NCBI GenBank assembly: GCA_020137815.1
Contig: CM035353.1
Span: 8,866,001 to 8,930,000, forward strand
Length of the DNA: 64,000 nt
Direction of reading: 5' to 3'
Source: Hormiphora californensis
Taxonomy: Eukaryota > Animalia > Ctenophora
A program made the position numbers and the translations under genes. Shown in pieces: positions 49,174 through 61,100 of this stretch (positions are counted from its first letter, which is position 1; each line of letters starts with the position of its first letter). The notes under the pieces were generated by a model, which was given only the letters and a program-made list of their open reading frames with translations, was not told the origin of the DNA and made no database searches.

Positions 49174-49529
49174 AGGGTCAACTTGGGTTGTGTCGAGTCT
49201 CCTTGGTGTGGGAACCCCTGGTTGTGGTTTAGATTTAGGACTGCCCGACTGGGAATTGACCCACCCAAATCCACTATTCCGGACGCATGTACTGCGTCTC
49301 GCTCAAACTTGACTAAATAATTATAGTGCTTACAACGCGACCCTCTGTATGTGCATATGTACTGTAATTCGTCAGTCAAGTTTGAGCGAGAAGCAGTACG
49401 TGTGCCCGGAATAGTGGATTTGGGCAGGTCACGTTCCGCCCAAACTAGTCGAGACTCGGGCAGTCCAAAATCTAAACCACACCCAGGGTCCACACACCAA
49501 GGAGACTCAACACAACCCAAGTTGACCCT
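49174..49529. mobile_element. Palindromic MITE
   Basis: AGGGTCAACTTGGGTTGTGT ... ACACAACCCAAGTTGACCCT. Confidence 0.75.
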
Positions 49530-49696
49530 ATCTATCTATCTACGGAGTGCCTGGGCTTGCCAATGGCAAGCCCTCAGGGGTCTATCGCATAGCGATATCG
49601 CCGGCACTATAGGAGAATAGCCCCCCTCCCCCACTATGGGGTCAATTCCGGTCAGCTCGCGAGATGCCGTGTTTATGGCCCCAGAACGCGCAACAG

Positions 49697-50717
49697 GGGG
49701 TCTTTTCTGAACAGGTTTATGAAGATTCTTAGGAACTTTTTGGCCGTTTTAGGAAGAAAGTTAGAGAGTTAAGAAGATTGTTGTTTCCGAACATGGCACT
49801 TAGGAAGATTTTTTTAGCGTTAGGAATTTTCCTAAATTATCTTCCTAAGTCCCCTATAATTGAATTAAAACTGCATGAGTCCTTGAAATTTTCTTCTTAG
49901 TGGCCTAAGAATGTTCTTAGCTCTCTTTTTTTCTTCCTAAGTAGCAAGAAAAGTTAGGACAGCTCCGGACCTTACTTAAGCCGACTTAGGAAGATTCTTA
50001 CTCTGTTAGACATATATTTTGGGCCATTTTTAGAGCTAATATCATAAAAATGATGAATTCGCTCAAGCATACATGAACATACAACCATTTTATGTTGACG
50101 CGATATCCAATAGAGCTATATTTAAATCGGTTGGTAGTCGGTATTTTTTGTAATAATTTAAAAAATTGAAAATTATGGGTCTTGCTGTGACTCTAAAGCA
50201 TCATAGGACGATAAATATATGCAAATGAAAAGGAAGAAATCATAAAATTAACATGTTGTACCTCTAATTATAACACCTCTATCATCCAAAAAATGCAATA
50301 AATGCAAAATTCCATCTCCTTTAGATTTTTTTCAACTGTTGGAAATGGGTGGGAACGAGTTGACACCGGAACCATATCCAATTGCATAATACATATGATT
50401 AGGCCATGGCCCACGCCCTACATAGATCCAAAATATTGTGTGTACCAGCTAATTCACACCTCAATTTAAACCCCATGTTTGCTCGATTGCTATTGGTTAT
50501 CGCCATTCGAATCTTAGTACCCCATTGGTTGTGTACTGTCACATGACACCAATTTGGAGCGTGAGTTTTCTTCCTAAGTATAGGTTCAGAAACAACAAAA
50601 TCGCTAAGAAGATTGTATATTTCTCCCATCTGTATGTTCGGAAACGTTCTTAGCAAAACCTTCTTATAAAGAAGAAAGTTAAGAATCTTCCTAAGAAGAA
50701 AGTTCAGAAAAGACCCC
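49697..50717. mobile_element. PIF/Harbinger-like MITE
   Basis: TIR GGGGTCTTTTCTGAAC, 3-bp TSD CAG; inserted in a repeat whose intact form lies at ~9010-9135 (minus strand). Confidence 0.78.
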
Positions 50718-51160
50718 CAGGGGGTCTTTTCTGAACTTTCTTCTTAGGAAGATTCTTAACTGAGCTTCAAATCTCAACCCTGAACTTGCATGTTTTACAC
50801 ATAAAATTGGTGCTCGAAAGCGATTTTTTGGTTCGCATTATAGGTGGTTCGCATTATAGGTGTCGGCGGGTTCGGGAGAGTAAACTCCTTCGAAAGTCAT
50901 AGGATATTGATTCTTCTTTCCTTGACTCTATCCTCCTGCAACAGGCGGGGATGAAGCCTTCTAATCTTGATCTTAATTCTTGAGTTTATTTGCTTTCTCG
51001 ATTAGCTTGATGGCTACCTCGGTGTGGTTTGTTATCTTGATCCTGAGCACTCACCCTTTAGTTGTATACGTTACTGTAACAATCTCTCTTCGCGTGCTCT
51101 CCTTTCTGAACTTCCCCCTTGCAAGGTGACAAAAGAGAGCACTCGATGAGAGATTGCTAT

Positions 51161-52709
51161 TATCATAGCACTGGCAAGTGCCCCGGGCCCAAAAGGGGGG
51201 TGTGGGGGCGCAGCCCCCACCTTAAACGGGGGTGTGGGGGCAGAGCCCCCACCTTAGAAATACCCTCTAACTCAAAAAATAAAAGAGAGAGCACACGCAA
51301 CACTTCTACACACAAGCGCGTTAACCTGCCAGTGCTACTATATACCATTGCAAATTTCGGGGTTTTTGATGCTTTAAAAATGCATGTTCCAGATGAATTA
51401 GAGGGATGAAATTTTGTACTCTAAGGGCCCTCATATAGGAGAAGAGGCATACAAAATTTCAGAATGATCGGATGTAAGGTAAAAATTTGCCAGAGGGGTC
51501 CCAAAATGCAAAAATGTAAGGGAGGGGACGGGAGGGGAGGGGAGGAGATTGAGTGTTCTCCTAAACCAGAAATAGTAGAGACTTGCCGTTTGGAACATTG
51601 GTTCCTTGCATTATTTGGCGTGGTATAGGCTATGTGAAAACTTCGAAATCGCCATAGTTCATTAATTATTCATTAATTATTCATTAATTATTCATTTTAA
51701 TAACTTAATTGCGTTATATCTCCACTTCGGCTCGTCCTAAAACGTTTTCATGGGTATATTCCGACTCAAAATAGTCGATTTATGGGGGGTCGTCCCCCGG
51801 ACAAAAATTCGTATCTCGCACCGTTTAGCCATTATTTGCATATTTATGCTCAAATTCATGATTTTATGCATAACCGTTAAAATGTCCACTTCGGCTGACC
51901 CTAGAACGTTTTCTTGGGTATATTCCGACTCAAAATAGTCGATTTATGGGGGGTCGTCCCCCGGACAAAAATTCGTATCTCGCACCGTTTAGCCGTTATT
52001 TGCATATTTATGCTCAAATTTATGCATATTCTTTAAAATTTCCACTTCGGCTGACCCTAGAACGTTTTCTTGGGTATATTCCGACTCAAAATAGTCGATT
52101 TGTGGGGGGTCGTCCCCCGGACAAAAATTCGTATCTCGCACCGTTTAGCCGTTATTTGCATATTTATGCTCAAATTCATGATTTTATGCATACCCTTTAA
52201 AATTTCCACTTCGGCTGACCCTAAAACGTTTTCTTGGGTATATTCCGACTCAAAATAGTCGATTTATTACACCAAAAAGAACAGAAATTTAGTCCAAAAA
52301 CCAATTAAATAAATTAGTTTGGATGCCCGGGCCCATTTGGTGTCACGGGGGTAAAACCTTTAGGCTACTGTCATAAATGATGAATATCGAGAGAGATAAA
52401 GAAAAACAAATTGTGATATAAAGAGTGAGATATATCGAGAAAGACGGAGAGATAGTAAGAGAAATATAAATAAAAGAGAGAAAAAAAGAGAAAGAGGGAA
52501 ATATGGAGGTGGAGAGTGGGAGAAAGAGGAAAAGAGGGAGAAAGAGATAGAGGGATGGAGAGAAAGAGAAAAGAAAAACGAGAGATGTGTATTGAAAAAT
52601 AAACGAGATATGCCATTATTTATGACAGTAGCCTAAAGGTTTTACCCCCGTGACACCAAATGGGCCCGGGCATCCAAACTAATTTATTTAATTGGTTTTT
52701 GGACTAAAT
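51161..52709 (+). mobile_element. Single near-identical copy of the ~1.55-kb repeat
   Basis: Matches 44265-46109 apart from subrepeat number. Confidence 0.8.
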
Positions 52710-52822
52710 AACGTATACAATAAAGTTTAGGTAGTAGTAGTTATAGCAGTTAGCGCACGTACGTATACATGTGCTCCACCGGCATTAATGATTACTGGAG
52801 AACGGCTTGAAATATCTCTTAA

Positions 52823-53285
52823 AGGGACTAAAAACCCAAATTTTATTTAATTATTTTGAACACTACATCGTAACAAGCATGCTATTGGAGTCCCAAAAAA
52901 CATAGGTACACGCCCCACCCGCCCAATGTGAGCCCAGGGGGAGCCCCCTAAGTTGGGGCCCAGTTGGGGTCCCCTTGTAAACGCGGTTGTACTCCTTGAA
53001 ATGCTAACAATATAATCCTCTCTGAAATTTGAAGTTTTGGGTAAAATTTAGCATTGTGTTTCAGGTGAGTACATAATCTTTCTTGCCTCTGTATTCTGGT
53101 AATTTTTCTCCTAGTTTTGATAGGCTTAAATAATGGCTTAAAAAATGGGCCCCAACTTGAGTGGCTCCCCCTGGGCTCACCTGGGGCCCGTGTGGCGTGT
53201 ACCTATGTTTTTTGGGACTCCAATAGCATGCTTGTTACAATGGAGTGTTCAAAATAAATAAATAAAATTTGGGTTTTTAGGCCCT
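52823..53285. mobile_element. TTAA-flanked MITE
   Basis: TTAA|AGGGACTAAAAACCCAAA ... TTTGGGTTTTTAGGCCCT|TTAA; inverted longer relative at ~23244-23820. Confidence 0.82.
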
Positions 53286-53817
53286 TTAAAGTCTCCGGAT
53301 GATTGATCAGGACACCTTTGTACCAAGTTTCATCAAAATTTGCCGAAAAAATTTAGTCAGGTTTTTGTTATGATCCACAACATTTCAAATGCCGATAACA
53401 CCATAATGAAAACAGTTTGTGAAAAAGTAACACCTGTTTAAAGTGAAAGCGAAACAACAGCGAACTGGCTACGTGTCTGGCATTCGTTGTGCATAACGAT
53501 CTCACCTGTGAGATTCACATGCGCAACGTTGTCCGACGTGCAGCCAGTTCGTTCTTGTTTCGCTTTCACTTTAGAGGTCGTGTCGAGGCTCCAAACAAAA
53601 GTAGCAAAACTGGAACAATTAGGGGTCGATATATAGATTATATATCGACTTGGCACAGCTATACTACCCTATCCAAAACTTTCCTACCTTCGAGTTACAT
53701 CATATAATACATATAATCTAAACCTCAGAAAATTAATACATTTTTGACCCTCTGACCCCCTCCCCCTCCAGATCGTTCCTGAGGTTAATCACAGCAAAGA
53801 TAAACTACGATTTCTAG

Positions 53818-53897
53818 CTGTTATTGGTCTCGTTACTCGACATGAGCACCAACGAATTCTCATGGCCCAAAGTAGTAGGAAACGCCGACTAGAACAG
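53818..53897 (+). CDS. Host gene B exon 8
   Basis: tttctag|, phase 1, AVIGLVTRHEHQRILMAQSSRKRRLEQ; donor is either CAG|gcaag (GC-AG, after 53897) or AG|gtatat (after 53902). Confidence 0.55.
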
Positions 53898-54017
53898 GCA
53901 AGGTATATCTTTACTCAATGACACAATATATGTCCGTCAAAAGTCTCGTGCAAAATCTATCTGAATAACTAGTGGTCCTGGTTTTTGAAAGTTTCTTCTG
54001 ATATCTTCTTGCACTAG

Positions 54018-54102
54018 ATCCAAGAGCGTGCCAAATTCAAGAGCACACCACATCCTGAGACCACATCCAAGAGCGTTTGAAGCAGAAATTCGCTCCTCAT
54101 AA
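54018..54102 (+). CDS. Host gene B probable terminal exon
   Basis: cttcttgcactag| acceptor; stop at 54080 (IQERAKF...KSV*) or 54102 depending on donor; AATAAA at 54111-54116. Confidence 0.45.
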
Positions 54103-54618
54103 AAGGCTGTAATAAAAGGCGGGCACATTGGATCACGTATTCAACTAGACTAAAGCAGGGAGAGAGCGAATTGTCCTCCCCTAACAGGGCTCTAGGATTG
54201 TAACTCACCTGGATTGTAACTCGAAAGTGAGCTATTGTCCGAAAATTGACGTTGAGTTCTTTTTTCTGGTGACTTTTTGTCCGCATTATTTTCGATTTTT
54301 TGCTATTTGGACAAAAAGTCGTTAGCTAGGACAAAATGTCGAATTTCAAACTCACCTGGGGTTATCATAAAACCCAACCCTAATACAGCCCTAACATCGA
54401 ACCAAAACGACAACCCTAACACTACTAAGACGGAATATAAACCAGTGAACTCTCGTATCCGGCCTATCGGCCGAATTCTAGAGTTCATGAGAGGTGAGTT
54501 AATCATCACTTAATACACCGAGTGAATTAAGTAGCCCGCAGGGCGAACAGAATTCGTCATTCTAAAAACTCGATCGAAGGGAGGGTTTTTAGAGTACCTC
54601 TGTCACGACCGTTAGGGA

Positions 54619-55959
54619 CACGGCGTGCCTGGTGAAATTTTAACACGACCTAGCATGCGACGGGAAACCACCACTTGTACGTGGTAGCTGAGGGTCTACA
54701 GAATGGCGCTACGGTGCGGGATAAAAAAATCCATTCCCTAAAATCTTTTTTTTTACTTTTATTTGATTTGGGTCAAAATTGGCTATATTAAACGTGGTCC
54801 CGAAAAATCCATAATGACTTAGCACACGAAATATGTCACCCCCACCTATTTGTGCACGTAGAATCGATTGCCGTTGAAGTCGAATCTCTAAAATGACTGT
54901 AAAATGGTCAAAAGTTGATTTTTTACCATTTTTTGGAGGTTTTTGGCCCCTAAACCATTGAAAACGTTGAGATAGGAATTTGAAACTTGTGCCAATCATT
55001 AAAATGGTCATTTTTCTACCAAGAACCAAGTTTTCGTGTATATCCGATTTATGGTTAGATTTGGGCAAATTGTTGAAATCTGCCAACTAGGAGAACCGTA
55101 ACTTGATTTTCTTGTTTTTTGGATTTTGGCATTTTTGACAAACTTCTGATTGAAATGGTCAATCGGGACCATGCTTAAGTTGTTTATGGGACAATTTTCG
55201 ACTAAAATCCAAGATTTCATACCAATCCAATAACAGATCGTTGATTTATAGAAAATTTAAGTAGGCAAAACGGTCAAAATAAGCAAGAAAAGTTGTTATT
55301 TTGACCGTTTTGCCTACTTAAATTTTCTATAAATCAACGATCTGTTATTGGATTGGTATGAAATCTTGGATTTTAGTCGAAAATTGTCCCATAAACAACT
55401 TAAGCATGGTCCCGATTGACCATTTCAATCAGAAGTTTGTCAAAAATGCCAAAATCCAAAAAACAAGAAAATCAAGTTACGGTTCTCCTAGTTGGCAGAT
55501 TTCAACAATTTGCCCAAATCTAACCATAAATCGGATATACACGAAAACTTGGTTCTTGGTAGAAAAATGACCATTTTAATGATTGGCACAAGTTTCAAAT
55601 TCCTATCTCAACGTTTTCAATGGTTTAGGGGCCAAAAACCTCCAAAAAATGGTAAAAAATCAACTTTTGACCATTTTACAGTCATTTTAGAGATTCGACT
55701 TCAACGGCAATCGATTCTACGTGCACAAATAGGTGGGGGTGACATATTTCGTGTGCTAAGTCATTATGGATTTTTCGGGACCACGTTTAATATAGCCAAT
55801 TTTGACCCAAATCAAATAAAAGTAAAAAAAAAGATTTTAGGGAATGGATTTTTTTATCCCGCACCGTAGCGCCATTCTGTAGACCCTCAGCTACCACGTA
55901 CAAGTGGTGGTTTCCCGTCGCATGCTAGGTCGTGTTAAAATTTCACCAGGCACGCCGTG
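54619..55959. repeat. Long palindrome: 664-bp arms, 13-bp spacer
   Basis: Arms 54619-55282 and 55296-55959; the ORF track gives identical mirror ORFs about centre 55289. Confidence 0.95.
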
Positions 55960-56166
55960 AGGGAGTGATAGAGGTTTACTTAGCCCACGAACGAAGTGAG
56001 TGAGCTAAGTTTACGAATTCAGGAGCAGTGATGTGACAAAGCTGTGGAAGTGGTACTATTGCATTGTATCACGTAATAGTGTAGTAAATTCACGTACAGA
56101 TAAAGAATGTAGGAGGGTGATGCTCACCCTCCTATATCCTTTATCTGTACGTGAATTTACTTATCC

Positions 56167-56493
<327 letters not shown>

Positions 56494-56744
56494 TGTGTAT
56501 CAAAAATACGGAAAAAAATCATAAAATACAAAAAACACAAAAAGATCTTCTTGGCTAGGCGGCCCACAGTGTATCATCGCCAACTACTATGTTCCTACCC
56601 CGCCTTCTCCGGCTTAGGGTTACCCGTGGAACAGGCACCTTCCAGCCACCTGTGGACCTCCAATGCCCCTTTATCTACTAACCCACTAACCAATCCTGTT
56701 ACTAATCTACTAACCCCCTAACCCTTTCCAGTACCCTGTTCCTT

Positions 56745-57872
56745 AGAGGATAGTTAACCCCGTTCCAGAGGGGATAGTTTACCCCGCTCCACAGAGGATA
56801 GTTACCCTGTGGACCTCCATTGCCCCTTTATCTACTAAACCACTAACCATCCTGATACTAATCTGCTAAACCCCTATTCCATTTCTTTATTAGGGTCTCG
56901 ATCCAGTTAGGGTTGTACCCGTTCAGAGAGAATAGTTTACCCCGGTCCAGAGAGGATAGTTTACCCCGTCCCGGAGAGGATAGTTTACCCCGCTTCACAG
57001 AGGATAGTTGCCCCGTCCCAGAGAGGATAGTCCCCCATACCCCGTTCCTGAGAAGATAGTTTACCCCGTTCCAGAGAGGATAGTTTACCCCGCTTCACAG
57101 AGGATAGTAGCCCCGTTCCAGAGAGGATAGTTTACCCCGGTCCAGAGAGGATAGTTTACCCCGCTTCACAGAGGATAGTAGCCCCGTTCCAGAGAGGATA
57201 GTTTACCCCGGTCCAGAGAGGATAGTTTGCCCCGCTTCACAGAGGATAGTTGTCCCGTTCCAGAGAGGATAGTTTACCCCGTCCCAGAGATGATAGTTTA
57301 CCCCGATTCACAGAGGATAGTTGCCCCGTCCCAGAGAGGATAGTCCCCCATACCCCGTTCCTGAGAAGATAGTTTACCCCGTTCCAGAGAGGATAGTTTA
57401 CCCCGCTTCACAGAGGATAGTAGCCCCGTTCCAGAGAGGATAGTTTACCCCGGTCCAGAGAGGATAGTTTACCCCGCTTCACAGAGGATAGTAGCCCCGT
57501 TCCAGAGAGGATAGTTTACCCCGGTCCAGAGAGGATAGTTTACCCCGCTTCACAGAGGACAGTAGCCCCGTTCCAGAGAGGATAGTTTACCCCGGTCCAG
57601 AGAGGATAGTTTACCCCGCTTCACAGAGGATAGTTGCCCCGTCCCAGAGAGGATAGTCTACCCCATACCCCGTTCCTGAGAAGATAGTTTACCCCGTTCC
57701 AGAGAGGATAGTTTACCCCGCTTCACAGAGGATAGTTGCCCCGTCCCAGAGAGGATAGTCTACCCCATACCCCGTTCCTGAGAGGATAGTTTGCCCCGTT
57801 CCAGAGGGGATAGTTCACCCCGCTCCACAGAGGATAGTTGCCCCGTTCCGGAGAGGATAGTTTACCCCGTTC
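56745..57872. repeat. 21-29-bp minisatellite GAGAGGATAGTTTACCCCG(T/G/C)TCCA in the 5' UTR
   Basis: Contiguous variant units with higher-order repetition. Confidence 0.92.
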
Positions 57873-58164
57873 CCGTTGATCATAATGCTTCACACTGGCC
57901 CCTGTCCCAGATCCACCATATAGACATATTATATAGATACACACCCGTACGCTGAAAGTGTCGGTTCGTGCTGAAAAGCTGCAAGGATGGACGGGCAAAC
58001 CATCTACTAACGGACCAAATGTGGCGGTGGGATTCCGTTACCGCTGCTCACCGGTGTCAGTGTTAAGACCCCCAAACCCGGCTCTTCTTTCAACAAACCG
58101 ATGACTATGAATATACAGTGATTGGTTTGAAACTCACCCCCAAAACTTACTCATCTTATACGAC

Positions 58165-61100
58165 ATGAGTACAAACACCCGAAAACCAAGGAAGGTCTGG
58201 TCTAAGCAAGAGAACCTAGACTTGGTATACTGCTACTACCGCAGTAACCCAGGCACATCCGGATCCTGGAAGAGGCTAGAACGCCTGTGGGAAGATAAAG
58301 GATATGACCCACTGCCAGGTAAAAAACTCGCTGGGCAGTTCAGATCTATAGAGAAATCTGAACACATGGTAACTCCGACGGAGATGACAGATATGCAAGC
58401 CCTAGCAACTGGCCTAAACGTACTCCCGGTAGTGGACCTCACGGTTAATAGCAACACCTCTGGTCCCAGTACAACAACGAATGGGGACACCACCGAACCT
58501 CCACCCCCACCACCACCCCCAACTAGAGCGCCACGAACGAAATGGACCACAGAAATGAACACTACGCTCGTGTTCATCCACTGGTACTCACAACCGGAAA
58601 TAAGAGGAGTGTGGAATCGAGTGGAGGAGAGATGGTTAAAGACAACCTACCCTTCCAAGACTGATACCCAGCTCAGATCCCAGATGAATTCTATAACTCA
58701 TACGGGACTACTTTCACCACAAAGGCTCATGGAAATCAGAGAAGCGGCCACATCTGAACGTGAGAACGACGACGCGGCTCGGCAGGCTGAGCAAGAGGAC
58801 AATCCACCTCCAGAACCCGTTGCACCTACAACCTCAGCGGACAATGAAGAGCCAGCACCTAACCCAGAAATCAGGGAGCAGTTTAAGAAGCTCCTTGAGG
58901 AACCGAGCGCCATCAAAGTCACTGACCTGAGGCAGGTCCCATGGGGAAAACTACGTGTGGCAATCGACCGACTTAGTCCGGTCATCAGATCGTTTGAAGT
59001 CCCAGACCTCACCACACTGAACACCCTCCTGATGGTGGTAGCCCATATTGTCCGGGAACAAATGGGTATAAAGCCACCAAGTGAAACCACTAGCAACTCC
59101 CCCGGAAGGAACAAACAACCAATGTGGCTGCGACGACTCGAGGAGAGTGTCGGCAAACTTCGCGCAGACCTATCCAGGCTGACCGAAATGAGCAGAGGAG
59201 CCACTCAAAAGTTCCAAACTATAGATACTATCTATAGAAGATACCCGCTGCTGCCCAAGAAGGGCTATAAACAAGTAATAGAGGAGGTCAAGCAGCGGCT
59301 GCTGGCCAAGGCCGGGAAGATTAAGCGATATAAGAAGAAGCAGCAGAGGTTTAAAGACAATAACCTATTCCAGAACAACCAACGTGATTTCTACAGGAAA
59401 CTGGAGAAACGAGGATCACCCCCCACGCCACTCGAAACCACAGCGGAAGATCAAACAAGGACCATGAACTTCTGGAAGAACATATGGGAAAACGAAACCG
59501 GCCACAACACCGAAGCAGAATGGTTAGATGGCGTCCAAGGAAACTTCGAGACGATCACCCAACAAGAGGACTTCCAGATCACCCCAGAAAGAGTTGCATC
59601 CCGAGTGAAAGGAATGACCAACTGGTCATCTCCAGGAATAGACGGGCTCCACGCCTTCTGGATCAAACACACCACCTGCCTCCACGGAAGGATAGCTGAG
59701 CTACTCAACGGAAGCCTCACTACAAGCCAGATCCCAGATTGGATGACTGAAGGTAGAACATACCTCCTGATCAAGGACCCCAAGAAGGGAATGTCCAACC
59801 CGGGGAATTTTAGACCCATTACCTGTCTTCCAAACCTCTGGAAATTGTATACAGGAATCTTATCGGAGGACATCTACCAACACCTGGATGTAAATAGTCT
59901 CTTCCCTGAGGAGCAGAAGGGGTGCCGCAAGAAGAGTAGAGGATGTAAAGAACAGCTAGCAATCGACAAACTAATCCTACGTCATTGCAAACGCAACAAA
60001 TCCTCTCTACACATGGCCTTCATCGACTACCAAAAGGCATACGACTCCATCCCCCACTCTTGGATCCTGAAATCTATGGAGATGTGCAAGATAAACCCCC
60101 AGATAATTAGACTGTTCGAGGCATCGTTCCAACAATGTGTAGTTAATATAGTACAGTCAGGATCATCGTTAGGAAAAATACACATAAAGAGAGGCCTCTT
60201 CCAAGGAGACGCTATCTCTCCGATACACTTCATTATAGGACTGATCCCCCTTTCCCTACTACTAACCGCCGAAGGAAGAGGCTACACCATATCCGAACCA
60301 GATGCACAAGAGGAAGGTGAAGATATCACCATTAACCATCGGCTCTATATGGACGACTTGAAACTGTACGCAAGTTCGAGAGGAGACCTCCAACATCTCT
60401 TGGAAATCACTGAGAAATTCAGCACCGACATCAACATGTCTTTTGGTATAGCTAAATGTGGATCACTAGACATCGTTGACGGGGTCAGACAACACATGCA
60501 GGGAATTGAACTACCAAGTGGGAACACAATCCCGGAAGTGGAAGACGGTGGTTATAAATACCTCGGCATCCTGGAGGTTGACGTTATCCTGCACCAAGAG
60601 ATGAAGACCAAGGTTAAAACCGAATACGTCAGAAGAGTCAAAAGACTGCTATCTTCGAGCCTGCACGGCAAGAACCTTGCCACTGCGATCAACACGTGGG
60701 CGATACCAGTGATCCGCTACGGCGCTGGGATACTAGACTGGACCACTACTGATGCCAAAGGATTAGACATGATTACTAGAAAGATCCTGAGAAGAGGTTT
60801 CCTCAAGAGTAACAGCGACATTGATCGACTGTATGTAAGCAGGAAGCTGGGAGGAAGAGGTCTCCAACGGATTGAAGACGTCATTGTGAAGGAGGAAATA
60901 GGACTAGTATCATTCTTCAGCAACTCCACAGACACTAAGATACGTGCACTTCACACAGCAATGGTGAAGGAGGATATGCTGAACAAACCCCCAGAGAATG
61001 CAGAAGCCCTCAAAGAAAGACTGGAAGGGCAACTGATAGATAACTGGAAGGGTAAGCCACTTCATGGACGATTTCTGAAGCAGCTAGAAGAAGGGGGTTG

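Noticed and set aside
54709-55869. Pair of identical 125-aa ORFs
   Set aside because: Mirror products of the palindrome with no recognisable motif
56745-57872. CRISPR-like array of ~22-bp repeats
   Set aside because: Units are contiguous with no unique spacers, there are no cas genes, and the context is eukaryotic
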